Shown here: piece after piece, positions 18,168 through 27,411 of the stretch | How positions within the stretch are numbered: position 1 is the stretch's first letter | Layout: every line of letters starts with the position of its first letter | Assembly: GCA_016276965.1 (NCBI GenBank) | Contig: JADNRU010000001.1 | Span: 14,499 to 78,498, forward strand | DNA: 64,000 nucleotides | Origin: Nitrosopumilales archaeon | Lineage (GTDB): Archaea; Thermoproteota; Nitrososphaeria; Nitrososphaerales; Nitrosopumilaceae | Direction: 5' to 3' | Position numbers and translations under genes: made by a program | Notes under the pieces: model-generated | Database searches by the model: none | What the model was told of the DNA's origin: nothing | The model's input: the letters and a program-made list of their open reading frames with translations, nothing else

Positions 18168-19266
18168 GCTCCGCTTTTAGCGATTTTTTTGTAACCAATA
18201 TTTTTTTTGTTTCTAGTGACTTATTGATTAATTCTTTTAGTTGCTGTATATTTTCACCGGTAACTGCTGAAATTGGAATCCATTTTTTGCTGTCGTTTAA
18301 TTGTAAATCTTTTGGTTTTTCCATTAAATCATTTGGTTCTACAAGATCAGATTTGTTTAAAACAAAAATCATCTTGTCTGGTTCTACTCCTAATTCATAA
18401 AGAGTTTGAATACAGCTTTGAAATTTCTTTTTTAATACAGGCTTTGGATCACTTGCATCTATTACTACAATAACTATGTCGGTGTAGAGAAGCTCTTCTA
18501 AAGTAGACTTGAAGGCCTCTATCATGTATGCAGGTAGCTTACTGATAAAACCTACAGTGTCTGATATTAAAACTTGTTTTCTTTTTATTGAAATTTTTCT
18601 TGTTGTTGTGGAAAGTGTAGTGAAGAGCTCTTTTCCCTGTTGAAGTTCTTCACCAGTTAATGAATTAAACAATGTAGTTTTTCCAGCTGAAGTATATCCT
18701 GCAAGTGAGATGGTTTTAAAACCCATTCTCTTTCGTGATTGTCTATGAAGTGCTCGTTGTTTTCCAGCTTTTTTTAATTTTGATTTAACACTTACCATTC
18801 GATGTTTTATATCATTATAGTAAACATCTACTTCGAACTTTCCAATTCCCATAAACCCAGGCTGTTCTCCCTTTTTTGCAAGACGCACCTTTTCTTTTGC
18901 TCGAGACATTTCATAACGCAACTGTGCAAGTTTAATTTGCAATTTTGTTTCAGTACTATATACACGACTTTCAAAAATTTCTAAAATTAAAGCTTCCCTA
19001 TCTAAGATTGCAATCTTTAATTTTGATGCAAGATTGTAATTTTGGCTAGGTTTTAGAATTTCATCAAAAATTATGACATCAGGTCTTAGCTTTATTTTGA
19101 GTTCTTTTAGATTTTCAACTTTTTCTTCACTAATACCAAATTTGGCACGATTAAGAAAATCTTGCTTGAGGATGTGAGAAACCTTGTAATTTGCAGCGTC
19201 GCACAAGGCTAATGCCTCGTTTACAGAATCATCTCTGTCATAGGTTATCAAAAAAGCCGATTTCAT
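18145..19266 (-). CDS. hflX: GTPase HflX
   Basis: The HflX N-domain is followed by a G-domain with [12 protein letters not shown] (G1), DTVGF (G3) and NKSD (G4). Confidence 0.9.
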   Translation of the reverse strand: MKSAFLITYDRDDSVNEALALCDAANYKVSHILKQDFLNRAKFGISEEKVENLKELKIKLRPDVIIFDEILKPSQNYNLASKLKIAILDREALILEIFESRVYSTETKLQIKLAQLRYEMSRAKEKVRLAKKGEQPGFMGIGKFEVDVYYNDIKHRMVSVKSKLKKAGKQRALHRQSRKRMGFKTISLAGYTSAGKTTLFNSLTGEELQQGKELFTTLSTTTRKISIKRKQVLISDTVGFISKLPAYMIEAFKSTLEELLYTDIVIVVIDASDPKPVLKKKFQSCIQTLYELGVEPDKMIFVLNKSDLVEPNDLMEKPKDLQLNDSKKWIPISAVTGENIQQLKELINKSLETKKILVTKKSLKAELDKIHEF

Positions 19267-19277
19267 ATCAAGTAATG

Positions 19278-20333
19278 CTAATCATTAATGCTTTTGTCTT
19301 TTTTTAGGGTTTTTTCTACGTTCATATTTAGAACAATTTCTGCAATATCGCTTGCATATTCAGAAAGCCTTTTTACATTTTCTACCATTCTTCTAACACG
19401 AAAAACCTCTTCATCATCTTTTAATGACTTTGTCATGTTTAGAACCTTTTTTTCGTATTTGGTAATATCGATTGATTTTTTTATTGCCTGTTCGGCTTGA
19501 CCATAGTTTTCTTTAAAGAGAGCTAGGCAAGCCTCATCTAAGACAGATACAGCAAAATCGTTCATTTCTTTAATTTTTTCTAAAATCTCTTTTTTAATTG
19601 GTTTTTTAAATTCTATTAGATCTTTTGCGATATGAACTGCATGGTCCCCAGTTCTTTCTATGTTTTTTACTACAAGTCTATATCCCATACAATCTCTTGA
19701 ATTTGAAAATCCCATTTCTTTTAACATGTGCTCGTTCTGGATAGCAATAATTAGTTGACGAATTATGTAAAATCCAAATCTATCTACTTCATCATCTGTG
19801 TTAATTACTTCATTTGCTAGATCAAAATTTAATTCTTTTACTGCAAGAATTGCATCACTTAACATTGATTTGGCTAGGTGAATCATTCTCTTGAAAGCCC
19901 CATCAACTGATAACTCTAGCAAATTTACAAGAACTTGAATTGTAATTCCACTGGTAGAATCTGAAATTATTTCAGTACCCATTAACATTCTTTTAACAGC
20001 TTCTTTTATGGCTGTTCTTTGAGCGGGTTTGAATCTCCCGGTTTTTGGTTTAACGTTTATTGTTTTAAACCCAAGAAAGTAAAGTGAGATCAGTTTTCTA
20101 ACAATAGATGCAGCGTCATCATCAGGCCCTATTTCAAAAATTGCTCCTTCTGCATGAATTGCTCTTGTTTGGTATTTTGGTGGGTAGATTTGTAATGTGG
20201 ATGCACCTTGTCTTGCAATACGAATTTGGTCACCTTGTTTTAACCCCATATCTCTAATCCATTGTTTGGGTAGGGAAACTATGTAAGAGGATTTTCCTGT
20301 AAATTGGATTTTTCTGATTTCCTCTTTTCCCAT
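19278..20333 (-). CDS. Phosphate-uptake-regulator-like protein (AbrB/SpoVT N-domain + two PhoU repeats)
   Basis: N-terminus [31 protein letters not shown] (AbrB-like) is followed by two helical PhoU-type repeats with E..D..vD patterns. Confidence 0.85.
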   Translation of the reverse strand: MGKEEIRKIQFTGKSSYIVSLPKQWIRDMGLKQGDQIRIARQGASTLQIYPPKYQTRAIHAEGAIFEIGPDDDAASIVRKLISLYFLGFKTINVKPKTGRFKPAQRTAIKEAVKRMLMGTEIISDSTSGITIQVLVNLLELSVDGAFKRMIHLAKSMLSDAILAVKELNFDLANEVINTDDEVDRFGFYIIRQLIIAIQNEHMLKEMGFSNSRDCMGYRLVVKNIERTGDHAVHIAKDLIEFKKPIKKEILEKIKEMNDFAVSVLDEACLALFKENYGQAEQAIKKSIDITKYEKKVLNMTKSLKDDEEVFRVRRMVENVKRLSEYASDIAEIVLNMNVEKTLKKDKSIND

Positions 20334-20426
20334 GATCTATAGGGTAATTTCACTTCTATATAGTTCCTTGTTTAAATATATGCGAATCCTGAAATTAATA
20401 TTTAGAATTAGCCTTTACTATATTCC

Positions 20427-20903
20427 ATGGATGCCTATGTGAAAATTAAACAAACAATTGATGCTTTATTCGGAACTGGGGTTTCGGCCCATTTCCCAAG
20501 AAAAGTAAATTTTACTTTTTCAAAGAAAAATGGTAGAATTCGTTCTGTATATTCTAACAATCTACTCCTTTGTACTTTGAGAATAGATGGAGGTTTGGCA
20601 ATTACTCCTGAATTTGCTCAAATATTATTCAAAAGCAAAAAATTCAAAGAAAACTGTCTTGAGGTGGACCTAGATTCTAAACCCTTTGTAGAGGATGGAA
20701 GGTCAGTTTTTTGCCATCATGTAGTTTGGTGTGGAAAAAATATTCGCATCGGATCAGATGTACCCGTACTTTTTAAAAGTAAAGTAATAGCTGTGGGGAG
20801 GGCAATTCTTTCATCAGAAATGATAAAATCTCAAAATCGAGGAGTGGCAGTAAAAATCAGGGATAGTTTAAAAAGTCAGAAAAAAGGAGATCGGTTACCA
20901 TGA
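20427..20903 (+). CDS. PUA-domain RNA-binding protein
   Basis: 158 aa. The C-terminal CHHVVWCGKNIRIGSDVPVLFKSKVIAVGRAILSSEMI...GVAVKIR resembles a PUA domain. Its stop overlaps the next start (ATGA). Confidence 0.65.
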   Translation: MDAYVKIKQTIDALFGTGVSAHFPRKVNFTFSKKNGRIRSVYSNNLLLCTLRIDGGLAITPEFAQILFKSKKFKENCLEVDLDSKPFVEDGRSVFCHHVVWCGKNIRIGSDVPVLFKSKVIAVGRAILSSEMIKSQNRGVAVKIRDSLKSQKKGDRLP

Positions 20904-21241
20904 TGCGCGGTGGTAATAGACAGATGAGAAGAATGATGGACAAAATGGGTCTTGACATGAATGATATTCCAAATGTTCAGGAAGTCATTATCAAGACAAA
21001 CAAAAAAGAAATCATAATACCAAAACCCTCTGTAATGGAAATGAAAGGCAAAGATAATTCGATTTTTCAGATAGTAGCAGAAAGCTATGAAGAAAAAGAA
21101 CTTGAAGTTCCCATATTTAGTGCGGAAGACATTCAGCTTGTATGCCAACAAGCTGGTGTAAACGAGGAACAAGCTACAAATGCTCTAAAGGAGTCAAAAG
21201 GAGATCTAGCTAGAGCCATTTTACTTCTCACCAGTAAATGA
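20900..21241 (+). CDS. nac: Nascent polypeptide-associated complex protein (NAC domain + C-terminal UBA)
   Basis: 113 aa. The NAC core is VQEVIIKTNKKEIIIPKPSVMEMK, and the UBA-like end is DIQLVCQQAGVNEEQATNALKESKGDLARAIL. Confidence 0.85.
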   Translation: MMRGGNRQMRRMMDKMGLDMNDIPNVQEVIIKTNKKEIIIPKPSVMEMKGKDNSIFQIVAESYEEKELEVPIFSAEDIQLVCQQAGVNEEQATNALKESKGDLARAILLLTSK

Positions 21242-21276
21242 ATGATTTAATTAATGGATTTGGAGTTTGATCTGAA

Positions 21277-21672
21277 GTGAAATTAAAACGCTCAAAATCA
21301 TCAACTGAAGAGGTTGCAATAACTAAAGATTATCCAACCTCAACTGCTGCACCAGCGAAGGTTGATACCATAATCAAGGCCTTATCAGCTTTGGAATCAG
21401 ACATTGATTCTTTAAGTCAAAATCTGGCTGATATGAAAAAACAATTAAATCAAAAGGCTCAACGAGAAATCGAAAAGTTAACTGAACAAGTTTCCCAAAT
21501 GGCTACAAAAGAGGCTGAGGCAATGATTTCAGAGGCAAGAGAAAAAGCCAAGTCAGAATCCCAAAGAATCCTGACTACCGCAGACATCAATCTAAAGGAT
21601 GTTCAAAATAAAATTGATTCAAAATTCAATGAAGCAGTTGAAGTCGTTGTTTCAATGGTTCTAAAGGCATAA
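21277..21672 (+). CDS. Coiled-coil protein of unknown function
   Basis: 131 aa (GTG start) with a heptad-rich Glu/Lys/Gln sequence. It has a faint resemblance to A/V-ATPase stalk subunits, not enough for a call. Confidence 0.5.
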   Translation: MKLKRSKSSTEEVAITKDYPTSTAAPAKVDTIIKALSALESDIDSLSQNLADMKKQLNQKAQREIEKLTEQVSQMATKEAEAMISEAREKAKSESQRILTTADINLKDVQNKIDSKFNEAVEVVVSMVLKA

Positions 21673-21696
21673 ACCTAAATTTCACCTAGACGGAGC

Positions 21697-22356
21697 TTGA
21701 TTATCGATCCGTTAAAATACGCTCGTATTGGAATTGCCACAACATATGGGAAACCATATTACAAATTCGTTAAAGCTCTTAGGGCCTTGAACCTAAATTT
21801 TGACTCTCTTCTTCCTGAGGAAATTAATAACTTTGAAGGTCCCCTAATTCTCACAACCTCTAAGGAGGCGCCCAAATTATCCCAAAAACCCATGTTATAC
21901 GAAGAAATTATGGATAAAGATCCTGCAGTTATTAGAGGATTAATGATTCAAAAACTTGAATCTGGATTGGAGAAAAATGAACTTATCCTAGGAATTGATC
22001 CTGGACAAAGAATTGGGTTATCTGTTTTCTACTTTGGAAAGGAAATCGAAAGAACAATTTACACTTCAGTTGAACAACTAGTAACACATGTAGTAATTAT
22101 CTTAGGCCAACTTCGGGCAACCAAGAAGATTGTAAAAATAGGCAATGGTAACATGAAACTAGCCAAAGAAATCACAACTTTACTTAATTTACGATTTTGT
22201 TCAGATTTTGAGTTAGAGTTTGTCGATGAAAGAAGAACATCCCTAAAAATCAAAAACTACAATCAACGCGGTAAACGAGATATGATGTCGGCAAGATACA
22301 TTACTCAACGTGAAGGTTACCGCCATTTTATTTTGCCATTATCTAGAACCGGTTAA
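21697..22356 (+). CDS. Protein with a C-terminal RNase H-fold YqgF/RuvX-like nuclease domain
   Basis: LILGIDPGQRIGLSVFYFG and, ~80 residues downstream, FVDERRTS parallel the YqgF signatures (FDFGTKSIGVAV ... HDERLST in E. coli). Confidence 0.55.
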   Translation: MIIDPLKYARIGIATTYGKPYYKFVKALRALNLNFDSLLPEEINNFEGPLILTTSKEAPKLSQKPMLYEEIMDKDPAVIRGLMIQKLESGLEKNELILGIDPGQRIGLSVFYFGKEIERTIYTSVEQLVTHVVIILGQLRATKKIVKIGNGNMKLAKEITTLLNLRFCSDFELEFVDERRTSLKIKNYNQRGKRDMMSARYITQREGYRHFILPLSRTG

Positions 22357-22617
22357 AATTATAACAAACAGTTCCTTGTTTATGAAAAGTTTTTATGGTT
22401 TGTTCATAACAATTGGGAAAATTTCAAAAAATACGATTTTCGAAAACATCGGTAAATATTTATAACCTTTTCTAGCGAAATCGTGAAATCTATTTTTTAA
22501 ATAGAACGATCAATATAGATTTTACAAGAATTTAGTCAAAATTTTATAGAAATTATTGATCGATCCTTAAATAGTTGTGAATGTTATATAAATTCATACC
22601 AAGGAATTGATGAAAAA

Positions 22618-22869
22618 ATGACGTGTAAAGGAATTTGTGTACGATATAAGGCTCAAAAGCCTGTAGGAACCGGAAGATATGCTTCTGGCCAGAGACGATG
22701 CCAAATTTGTGAAATCTTTATCAAATGGGAAGGTTTGTGGTGCCCATGCTGTGGTTACCGATTACGAACTAAACCAAGAAACCTCAAGTATAAAGCAAAA
22801 CTGCGTGCTCGCGTAGAAGCTGATACTAAGATAGAAAGAAAAGCAGAAGCGATAGCAATAAAGGCATAA
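22618..22869 (+). CDS. Zinc-ribbon protein with a basic C-terminal tail
   Basis: 83 aa. CKGIC...CQICEIFIKWEGLWCPCCGYRLRTKPR is followed by a Lys/Arg/Ala-rich helix. A 260-bp AT-rich upstream region has a TATA-like ttatataaa ~30 nt before the ATG. Confidence 0.6.
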   Translation: MTCKGICVRYKAQKPVGTGRYASGQRRCQICEIFIKWEGLWCPCCGYRLRTKPRNLKYKAKLRARVEADTKIERKAEAIAIKA

Positions 22870-22888
22870 GTTTCCTCGAAGCTTATTA

Positions 22889-23227
22889 ATGGCCACGCAA
22901 GGTTATACAAAAAAAACCGTTAACGTGGGTAATAGAAGCTTTGTGGTTCAGATGATATCATTTGAGAATGGAAATTTTCTATCCGTTACCGAAGGTACTC
23001 AAAAAATTGGTTCTATGGTAGTCTCACTGGGATCGGGACCCACTACAACTACTGCAACAGTTATTCCTGCAAAAACTGATTCCATTTTTTTAAAATTAAT
23101 TGCTGAAAAAATTTCTAGCTTTGTGAAGGGTATAGGGATTGTTTCAGTGTATGTAAATAGAGAACTGGGAAATGAAGTTGCAAAGATTTTGATGGGTGAA
23201 ATTATGGAGATGGTAAGAACTGAGTGA
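22889..23227 (+). CDS. Hypothetical protein immediately upstream of, and overlapping, the UbiD reading frame
   Basis: 112-aa ORF. No motif recognised. Confidence 0.55.
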   Translation: MATQGYTKKTVNVGNRSFVVQMISFENGNFLSVTEGTQKIGSMVVSLGSGPTTTTATVIPAKTDSIFLKLIAEKISSFVKGIGIVSVYVNRELGNEVAKILMGEIMEMVRTE

Positions 23228-23312
23228 TTTACGTAATTACCTTTCTTTAATCAAAAAAAAAGGTCAACTTAAAACTGTTAAAAAAAAAGTTTCCACAAAA
23301 TATGAGATTTCA

Positions 23313-24557
23313 GTGATCACAGCAAAAGTTGACGGTTCATACGCTGTATTATTTGAGAAAATCAAAGGCAAAAAGTTTAGACTAGTTTCAAACCTTGTAG
23401 GAACTAGAGCCAGATTTGCTCAAGCAGTAGGGGCTAAGGAATCTAATATTCATGAAAAAGTTATTCAGGCAATTCAACGGGCCAAAAAACCTAAGAAATC
23501 TACAAAAGGTAAATTCTTTGAAAATCATTCAAAAGATCTTTCTATCTTGCCAATTGTCAAGCATTTTGAGAAAGAACTAGGCCCATTTATCACCTCATCT
23601 ATTATCTACACTAAAAATCCTGAAAAAGGAACCCAGAATTCTTCTTTTCACAGACTACTTCCTTTAGATAAAAAGCATTTTTCAGTACGTATGGTTGAAG
23701 GACGAGATTTGCATCGAGCCTTTATCAATTCTAAAAAACATCGCAAAGACCTCAAAGTAGCAATTACTATTGGTGTTCATCCAGCAATTTCAATTGCAGG
23801 TGCATATCAGGCAGATTGGGGCAAAGATGAACTGGATATTGCCAACTCGATTTTAAAAGGAAAGCTCAGTTTAGCAAAATGCCCATTCTCTGGAATGCTT
23901 GTCCCTTCAGAAGCTGAGATTGTTATGGAAGGAAGAATTTTGCATAATAAAACTCACAAGGAGTGGATGGTTGAAATGCTTCGGACTTATGATTTTGCTA
24001 GGAAACAACCAGTTTTTGAGCTTGAAGATTTGTATTATAGGAATAATCCAATTTTCCATGATATTTTATCTGGATACTCTGAACATAGATTACTAATGGG
24101 AATGCCAATAGAAGCCAAATTAAATCGCAATTTGAAAAAAGCTTTTCCACAAACAAAACAAGTGTCCATGACTAATGGTGGATGTAATTGGCTTCACGCT
24201 GTTGTACAAATTAAAAAGAAGAAAGAGTCAGATGGAAAACAAATTATCAAAAAGACATTTGCCATTCATCGATCCTTAAAGATGGTTACAGTAGTTGATG
24301 ATGATATTAATCCCAACGATGCAGAATCAGTCGAATACGCCATGGCTACTAGATTCCAGGCTGACAAAGACCTTGTAATAATTAAAAATGTAAGGGGCTC
24401 AAGCCTAGATCCTTCAAGTGACCAAAAAAAGCTCAAAACTGCAAAGCTCGGAATTGATGCAACTAAACCATCTTTTAAGCTAAAAAGTGGTTTTGAAATT
24501 GCTCAAATCCCTAAACAAAGCAAAATATCACTAAAAAAATATTTCAAAAATTTGTAG
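23313..24557 (+). CDS. UbiD-family (prenylated-FMN-dependent) decarboxylase
   Basis: UbiD-like throughout. The coordinates use the first canonical start (GTG at 23313). The conserved UbiD N-terminus SDLRNYLSLIKKKGQLKTVKKKVSTKYEIS is encoded in frame from 23223 with no ATG/GTG/TTG (see finding). Confidence 0.85.
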   Translation: MITAKVDGSYAVLFEKIKGKKFRLVSNLVGTRARFAQAVGAKESNIHEKVIQAIQRAKKPKKSTKGKFFENHSKDLSILPIVKHFEKELGPFITSSIIYTKNPEKGTQNSSFHRLLPLDKKHFSVRMVEGRDLHRAFINSKKHRKDLKVAITIGVHPAISIAGAYQADWGKDELDIANSILKGKLSLAKCPFSGMLVPSEAEIVMEGRILHNKTHKEWMVEMLRTYDFARKQPVFELEDLYYRNNPIFHDILSGYSEHRLLMGMPIEAKLNRNLKKAFPQTKQVSMTNGGCNWLHAVVQIKKKKESDGKQIIKKTFAIHRSLKMVTVVDDDINPNDAESVEYAMATRFQADKDLVIIKNVRGSSLDPSSDQKKLKTAKLGIDATKPSFKLKSGFEIAQIPKQSKISLKKYFKNL

Positions 24558-24712
24558 AAAAAAGAAAACCCAAAGAGGCAGATAAAAAAGGGCATGAGTA
24601 TCCACCCCTTCAGATTTAGAATTATTAGGAAATTTTACTTCATATCTTGGAGTATGTCCTAAATTAAACAGACAAATTTCGTTTTTTTTTCTAGTTTTAT
24701 TGTACTGGAAAT

Positions 24713-24868
24713 ATGTTCAAATCACACATACAAGGCAGTATTATTGAGACTGACGATAGTAAATTTAGATTGCTTCGCAAATGTGTAAGATGTGGGAAGG
24801 AATTTGAAACTAAAGCAGATGACATTTACTGTTCATTTGCGTGTTTTTATAAAATACCTAATTCCTAG
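24713..24868 (+). CDS. Possible small Cys-containing protein (51 aa), not in the ORF track
   Basis: Manual translation gives MFKSHIQGSIIETDDSKFRLLRKCVRCGKEFETKADDIYCSFACFYKIPNS-stop. CxxC...CxxxC suggests a zinc knuckle. Confidence 0.3.
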   Translation: MFKSHIQGSIIETDDSKFRLLRKCVRCGKEFETKADDIYCSFACFYKIPNS

Positions 24869-24901
24869 TTTCTTGATTATTTTAAAATTAAAGATTTTTT
24901 A

Positions 24902-25309
24902 TTAGGTCTGCCACATCTTTTTCCAAGTATCTGCAAATTTGTTCATCATTTCACCATATTCTTTCATAGATTCTAGTCCAGATTCACTCATGGATTTTTG
25001 CCAGCTTTCACTGAATTGTTTGAATGCGTTTACGCTATAGTCATTGATAGCTTTTTGCCAATTTTCGCCAAACTGTTTGAAAACCGTTATTCCTGCTTCA
25101 TTCATAGCTTTTTGCCAATTTTGGCCAAACTCTTGCATGGTATCTTTGCTTGATTCTGAAGATGCTTTTTCCATTACTTCATTATACTTTGTCTGCATTT
25201 CATTGGTTATTTTTTGAAAAGATTCGAATACCTCTCTCCATTTTTCCAGCGAGTTAGTATATTCTTTCCATAATGAATCCCAACCAGCGGGACTTTTGGT
25301 TTCTGACAT
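24902..25309 (-). CDS. Trp-rich helical repeat protein (three 19-aa repeats, (Q/K)(E/Q)FxxxWQK(A/S)(M/I)(N/S))
   Basis: 135 aa. Repeats QEFGQNWQKAMNEAGITVF, KQFGENWQKAINDYSVNAF and KQFSESWQKSMSESGLESM are flanked by related W-x3-W segments. No signal peptide. Confidence 0.6.
   Translation of the reverse strand: MSETKSPAGWDSLWKEYTNSLEKWREVFESFQKITNEMQTKYNEVMEKASSESSKDTMQEFGQNWQKAMNEAGITVFKQFGENWQKAINDYSVNAFKQFSESWQKSMSESGLESMKEYGEMMNKFADTWKKMWQT
24990..25160. repeat. Three tandem 57-bp repeats inside the Trp-rich protein gene
   Basis: (g/c)tttttgcca(a/g)(t/c)ttt... recurs at about 24995, 25052 and 25109, a period of 57 nt (19 codons). Confidence 0.8.
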
Positions 25310-25378
25310 AGATCATTTTTTTCTTTGATGCCATTGATAAAGTGATCCATTTTTAGAAAAATGTTACTTGGTTTTAGA

Positions 25379-26155
25379 TTAACAGAAATTTTGAGTAATG
25401 TACACTTTATCATCCTCATCTATTACTATTCCAATGCCCTCTCGATCAAACATTTCTGTAAGGATATTTTTCCTGTGACCTGGGGATTCCATCCAACCAT
25501 CAACTGCTGCAATTGCAATCTTTTCATTAGTATTCCAATCATAGGATGTAATTATCCCGTTTATGGTATAGTATTTGTCGTAAAGATTTCCTTGAAAGAT
25601 GTTTTCTGCCAAACCAGAATAAATTGATAAACCAACCATTTTTTGACAAGAGTAACTTGCAATCTCTGCTCTGCCAGAAGGATCTACTCCTTCTGGGGTC
25701 TCATGTGAAAAATAATTTCTGCTAGCCATGTCATAACTATGAGATCTTCCAATCTCTGATATTTCTGGATCAAGAGTTAATTCTGATAAATCATGTTTTA
25801 TTCTTTGTTCGTTTGTAAGAATGTGAACTAATTTTTCAATTTCTAGTGGATCAAAATCTGGTTTATTTTTATCATTCTGTGATGACTGTGATCTTTGATC
25901 ATTTTTTAGAACTTTTTCACTAACTATAGTCCCCTTTTGATTAGTTTCTTGTACTACAAGATTTGCTTGTTCTAGAGTTTCTTCTATTGTTACGTCTCCA
26001 CTAACAAGGTCTTGTATAGCTTTGTTAGAAGAATAAAGACCTTGTAAAAGCATTTGAGTAGCATCTGGAGATAATTCTATTACTCCAAACCAAAAAGCAG
26101 CAACTATTAAAAAAATTGGGATTACTACTACAAAGCTATTGGAAGCACCACTCAA
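25379..26155 (-). CDS. Membrane-anchored/secreted CAP (SCP/PR-1, YkwD-like) domain protein
   Basis: TTG start. N-terminal hydrophobic helix FVVVIPIFLIVAAFWFGVI. The C-terminal CAP motifs are RSHSYDMASRNYFSHETPEG and AVDGWMESPGHRKNIL. Confidence 0.8.
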   Translation of the reverse strand: MSGASNSFVVVIPIFLIVAAFWFGVIELSPDATQMLLQGLYSSNKAIQDLVSGDVTIEETLEQANLVVQETNQKGTIVSEKVLKNDQRSQSSQNDKNKPDFDPLEIEKLVHILTNEQRIKHDLSELTLDPEISEIGRSHSYDMASRNYFSHETPEGVDPSGRAEIASYSCQKMVGLSIYSGLAENIFQGNLYDKYYTINGIITSYDWNTNEKIAIAAVDGWMESPGHRKNILTEMFDREGIGIVIDEDDKVYITQNFC

Positions 26156-26243
26156 GGATGTATTTTAAGAAAACTCCATTAGATAAGATTTTCGCAGAAA
26201 ACTACAGCGAACATCATAGATTGTTTTTGAATAAGAAACTAAG

Positions 26244-26359
26244 AGAACGAGGACGTAACTGAATCGTATAACGGTTGAATTATTTTATGGAATTGATGAT
26301 GTCCTCGTTCCAATATTATTATACGTAGCATCATAAGTTAAGAAATTGTTTGTAATTTT
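26244..26359. repeat. Element A: 10-bp-stem hairpin (26245-26254 / 26301-26310, 46-nt loop) plus a 24-bp core (26336-26359) that is the exact reverse complement of 29068-29091
   Basis: Read directly from the sequence: agttaagaaattgtttgtaatttt at 26336-26359, and gaacgaggac ... gtcctcgttc. It is homologous to element B in inverted orientation. Confidence 0.85.
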
Positions 26360-26430
26360 CTCCAAACAAAATGAATTTGCATTTTAATTAGGAACAATGA
26401 AGTTAAATTCCACAAAATTGATCTGAATTT

Positions 26431-26598
26431 ATGGAAATAGAATTTGCAAGTTTTGCTCTTGGATTTCTAGGAATTGGACTATTCTTTTTTGGATTTTTCC
26501 TAGGACAAAAAAGTTCTCCAAAAATTGCAGAAAACCCAAAAGATCTTTCTGAAGGAGTAAAACTAGATCAAGTGGAAATTAATTTAAAAACAGGATGA
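26431..26598 (+). CDS. Possible small membrane protein (55 aa), not in the ORF track
   Basis: Manual translation gives MEIEFASFALGFLGIGLFFFGFFLGQKSSPKIAENPKDLSEGVKLDQVEINLKTG-stop. It has one clear TM helix. Confidence 0.3.
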   Translation: MEIEFASFALGFLGIGLFFFGFFLGQKSSPKIAENPKDLSEGVKLDQVEINLKTG

Positions 26599-26641
26599 TT
26601 ATTTCCAGAAGATTTTCATAAAAGGAAACCTCTAATCTAAT

Positions 26642-27058
26642 ATGGATTATACTCCTCTTTTAGATAAAATAATGGGTCTTGATAAAAACATTCGATTTTC
26701 CCTTATCTGTGATATGCATGGAAATGTAGTAAATACCCGTCACCGAGAAAAACAAGAAAATTTTCTTACAGAAAATGAAACAAAGGATGCTTTACAATAT
26801 TCTGTTGAATCATGGAGAGTACGTAATCATCATTCAAAAAAAATTGGTAAAGGAAAATTTGCTTTTGTAGAATATGAAAAACTTAGACGAATAACGATGC
26901 CATTAAATGAAGATCGTATGTTATTAGTAACTGTTGATAAGGATGGAGAAAATTATGAAATTATTGATCGCATTCTAAATCAGATCAGACATCCAGAAAA
27001 TTTAAAAACAAGTCTCAAACAAGAAAATTCTAGTCTAGACGTTCTATTACCCAAATAG
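26642..27058 (+). CDS. Hypothetical protein
   Basis: 138-aa ORF. The mixed alpha/beta-looking sequence could be a roadblock/LC7-like fold, but this is not verifiable here. Confidence 0.55.
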   Translation: MDYTPLLDKIMGLDKNIRFSLICDMHGNVVNTRHREKQENFLTENETKDALQYSVESWRVRNHHSKKIGKGKFAFVEYEKLRRITMPLNEDRMLLVTVDKDGENYEIIDRILNQIRHPENLKTSLKQENSSLDVLLPK

Positions 27059-27411
27059 TATATTCTGATTTTCTTTTACTAATATTGCTCCGTATGACCC
27101 TTGATGAAATAGTCCATCGGATTAGATTCTCGCCCTATACGGAGATCTCAATTATTTCTAACAAGATTTTTGAAGGATGAGAACGCAGGCGTCATGCCCT
27201 GTTTTTATGGGGAAACCTGACTAACACCATACGTTCCCACCCAATCCAATAAACCAATTTTTGTAAATAATTCCCTGTATGTTCAAAGAAAATACACTGA
27301 CCATAAAGTTGATAGGAATTTGTTATTCAAAATTAGGAAATAAGATGATCCAAGGTGTCAAAAAGTAGAAACTCTTCTGCTGAATAGTAAAATTTCTAAC
27401 TTTTTTCTAAC

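Noticed and set aside
22357-22617. 260-bp AT-rich intergenic region with the palindrome tctattt-ttt-aaataga (~22485-22501) as a possible regulatory or RNA element
   Set aside because: A short A/T-only palindrome is expected by chance at this base composition. Nothing distinguishes it from an ordinary promoter or spacer region.
24990-25160. Tandem 57-bp repeats as a possible CRISPR-like or satellite array
   Set aside because: There are only three imperfect copies, with no spacer/repeat alternation. They are in frame within a continuous ORF and encode a 19-aa protein repeat.
26255-26300. Reading the element-A hairpin loop as a C/D-box sRNA (CUGA at ~26260, UGAUGA at ~26294)
   Set aside because: The box order relative to the closing stem is inverted: D-like lies 5' and C-like lies 3'. 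The UGAUGA is not conserved in element B (auggua), and no second box pair or guide spacing fits.
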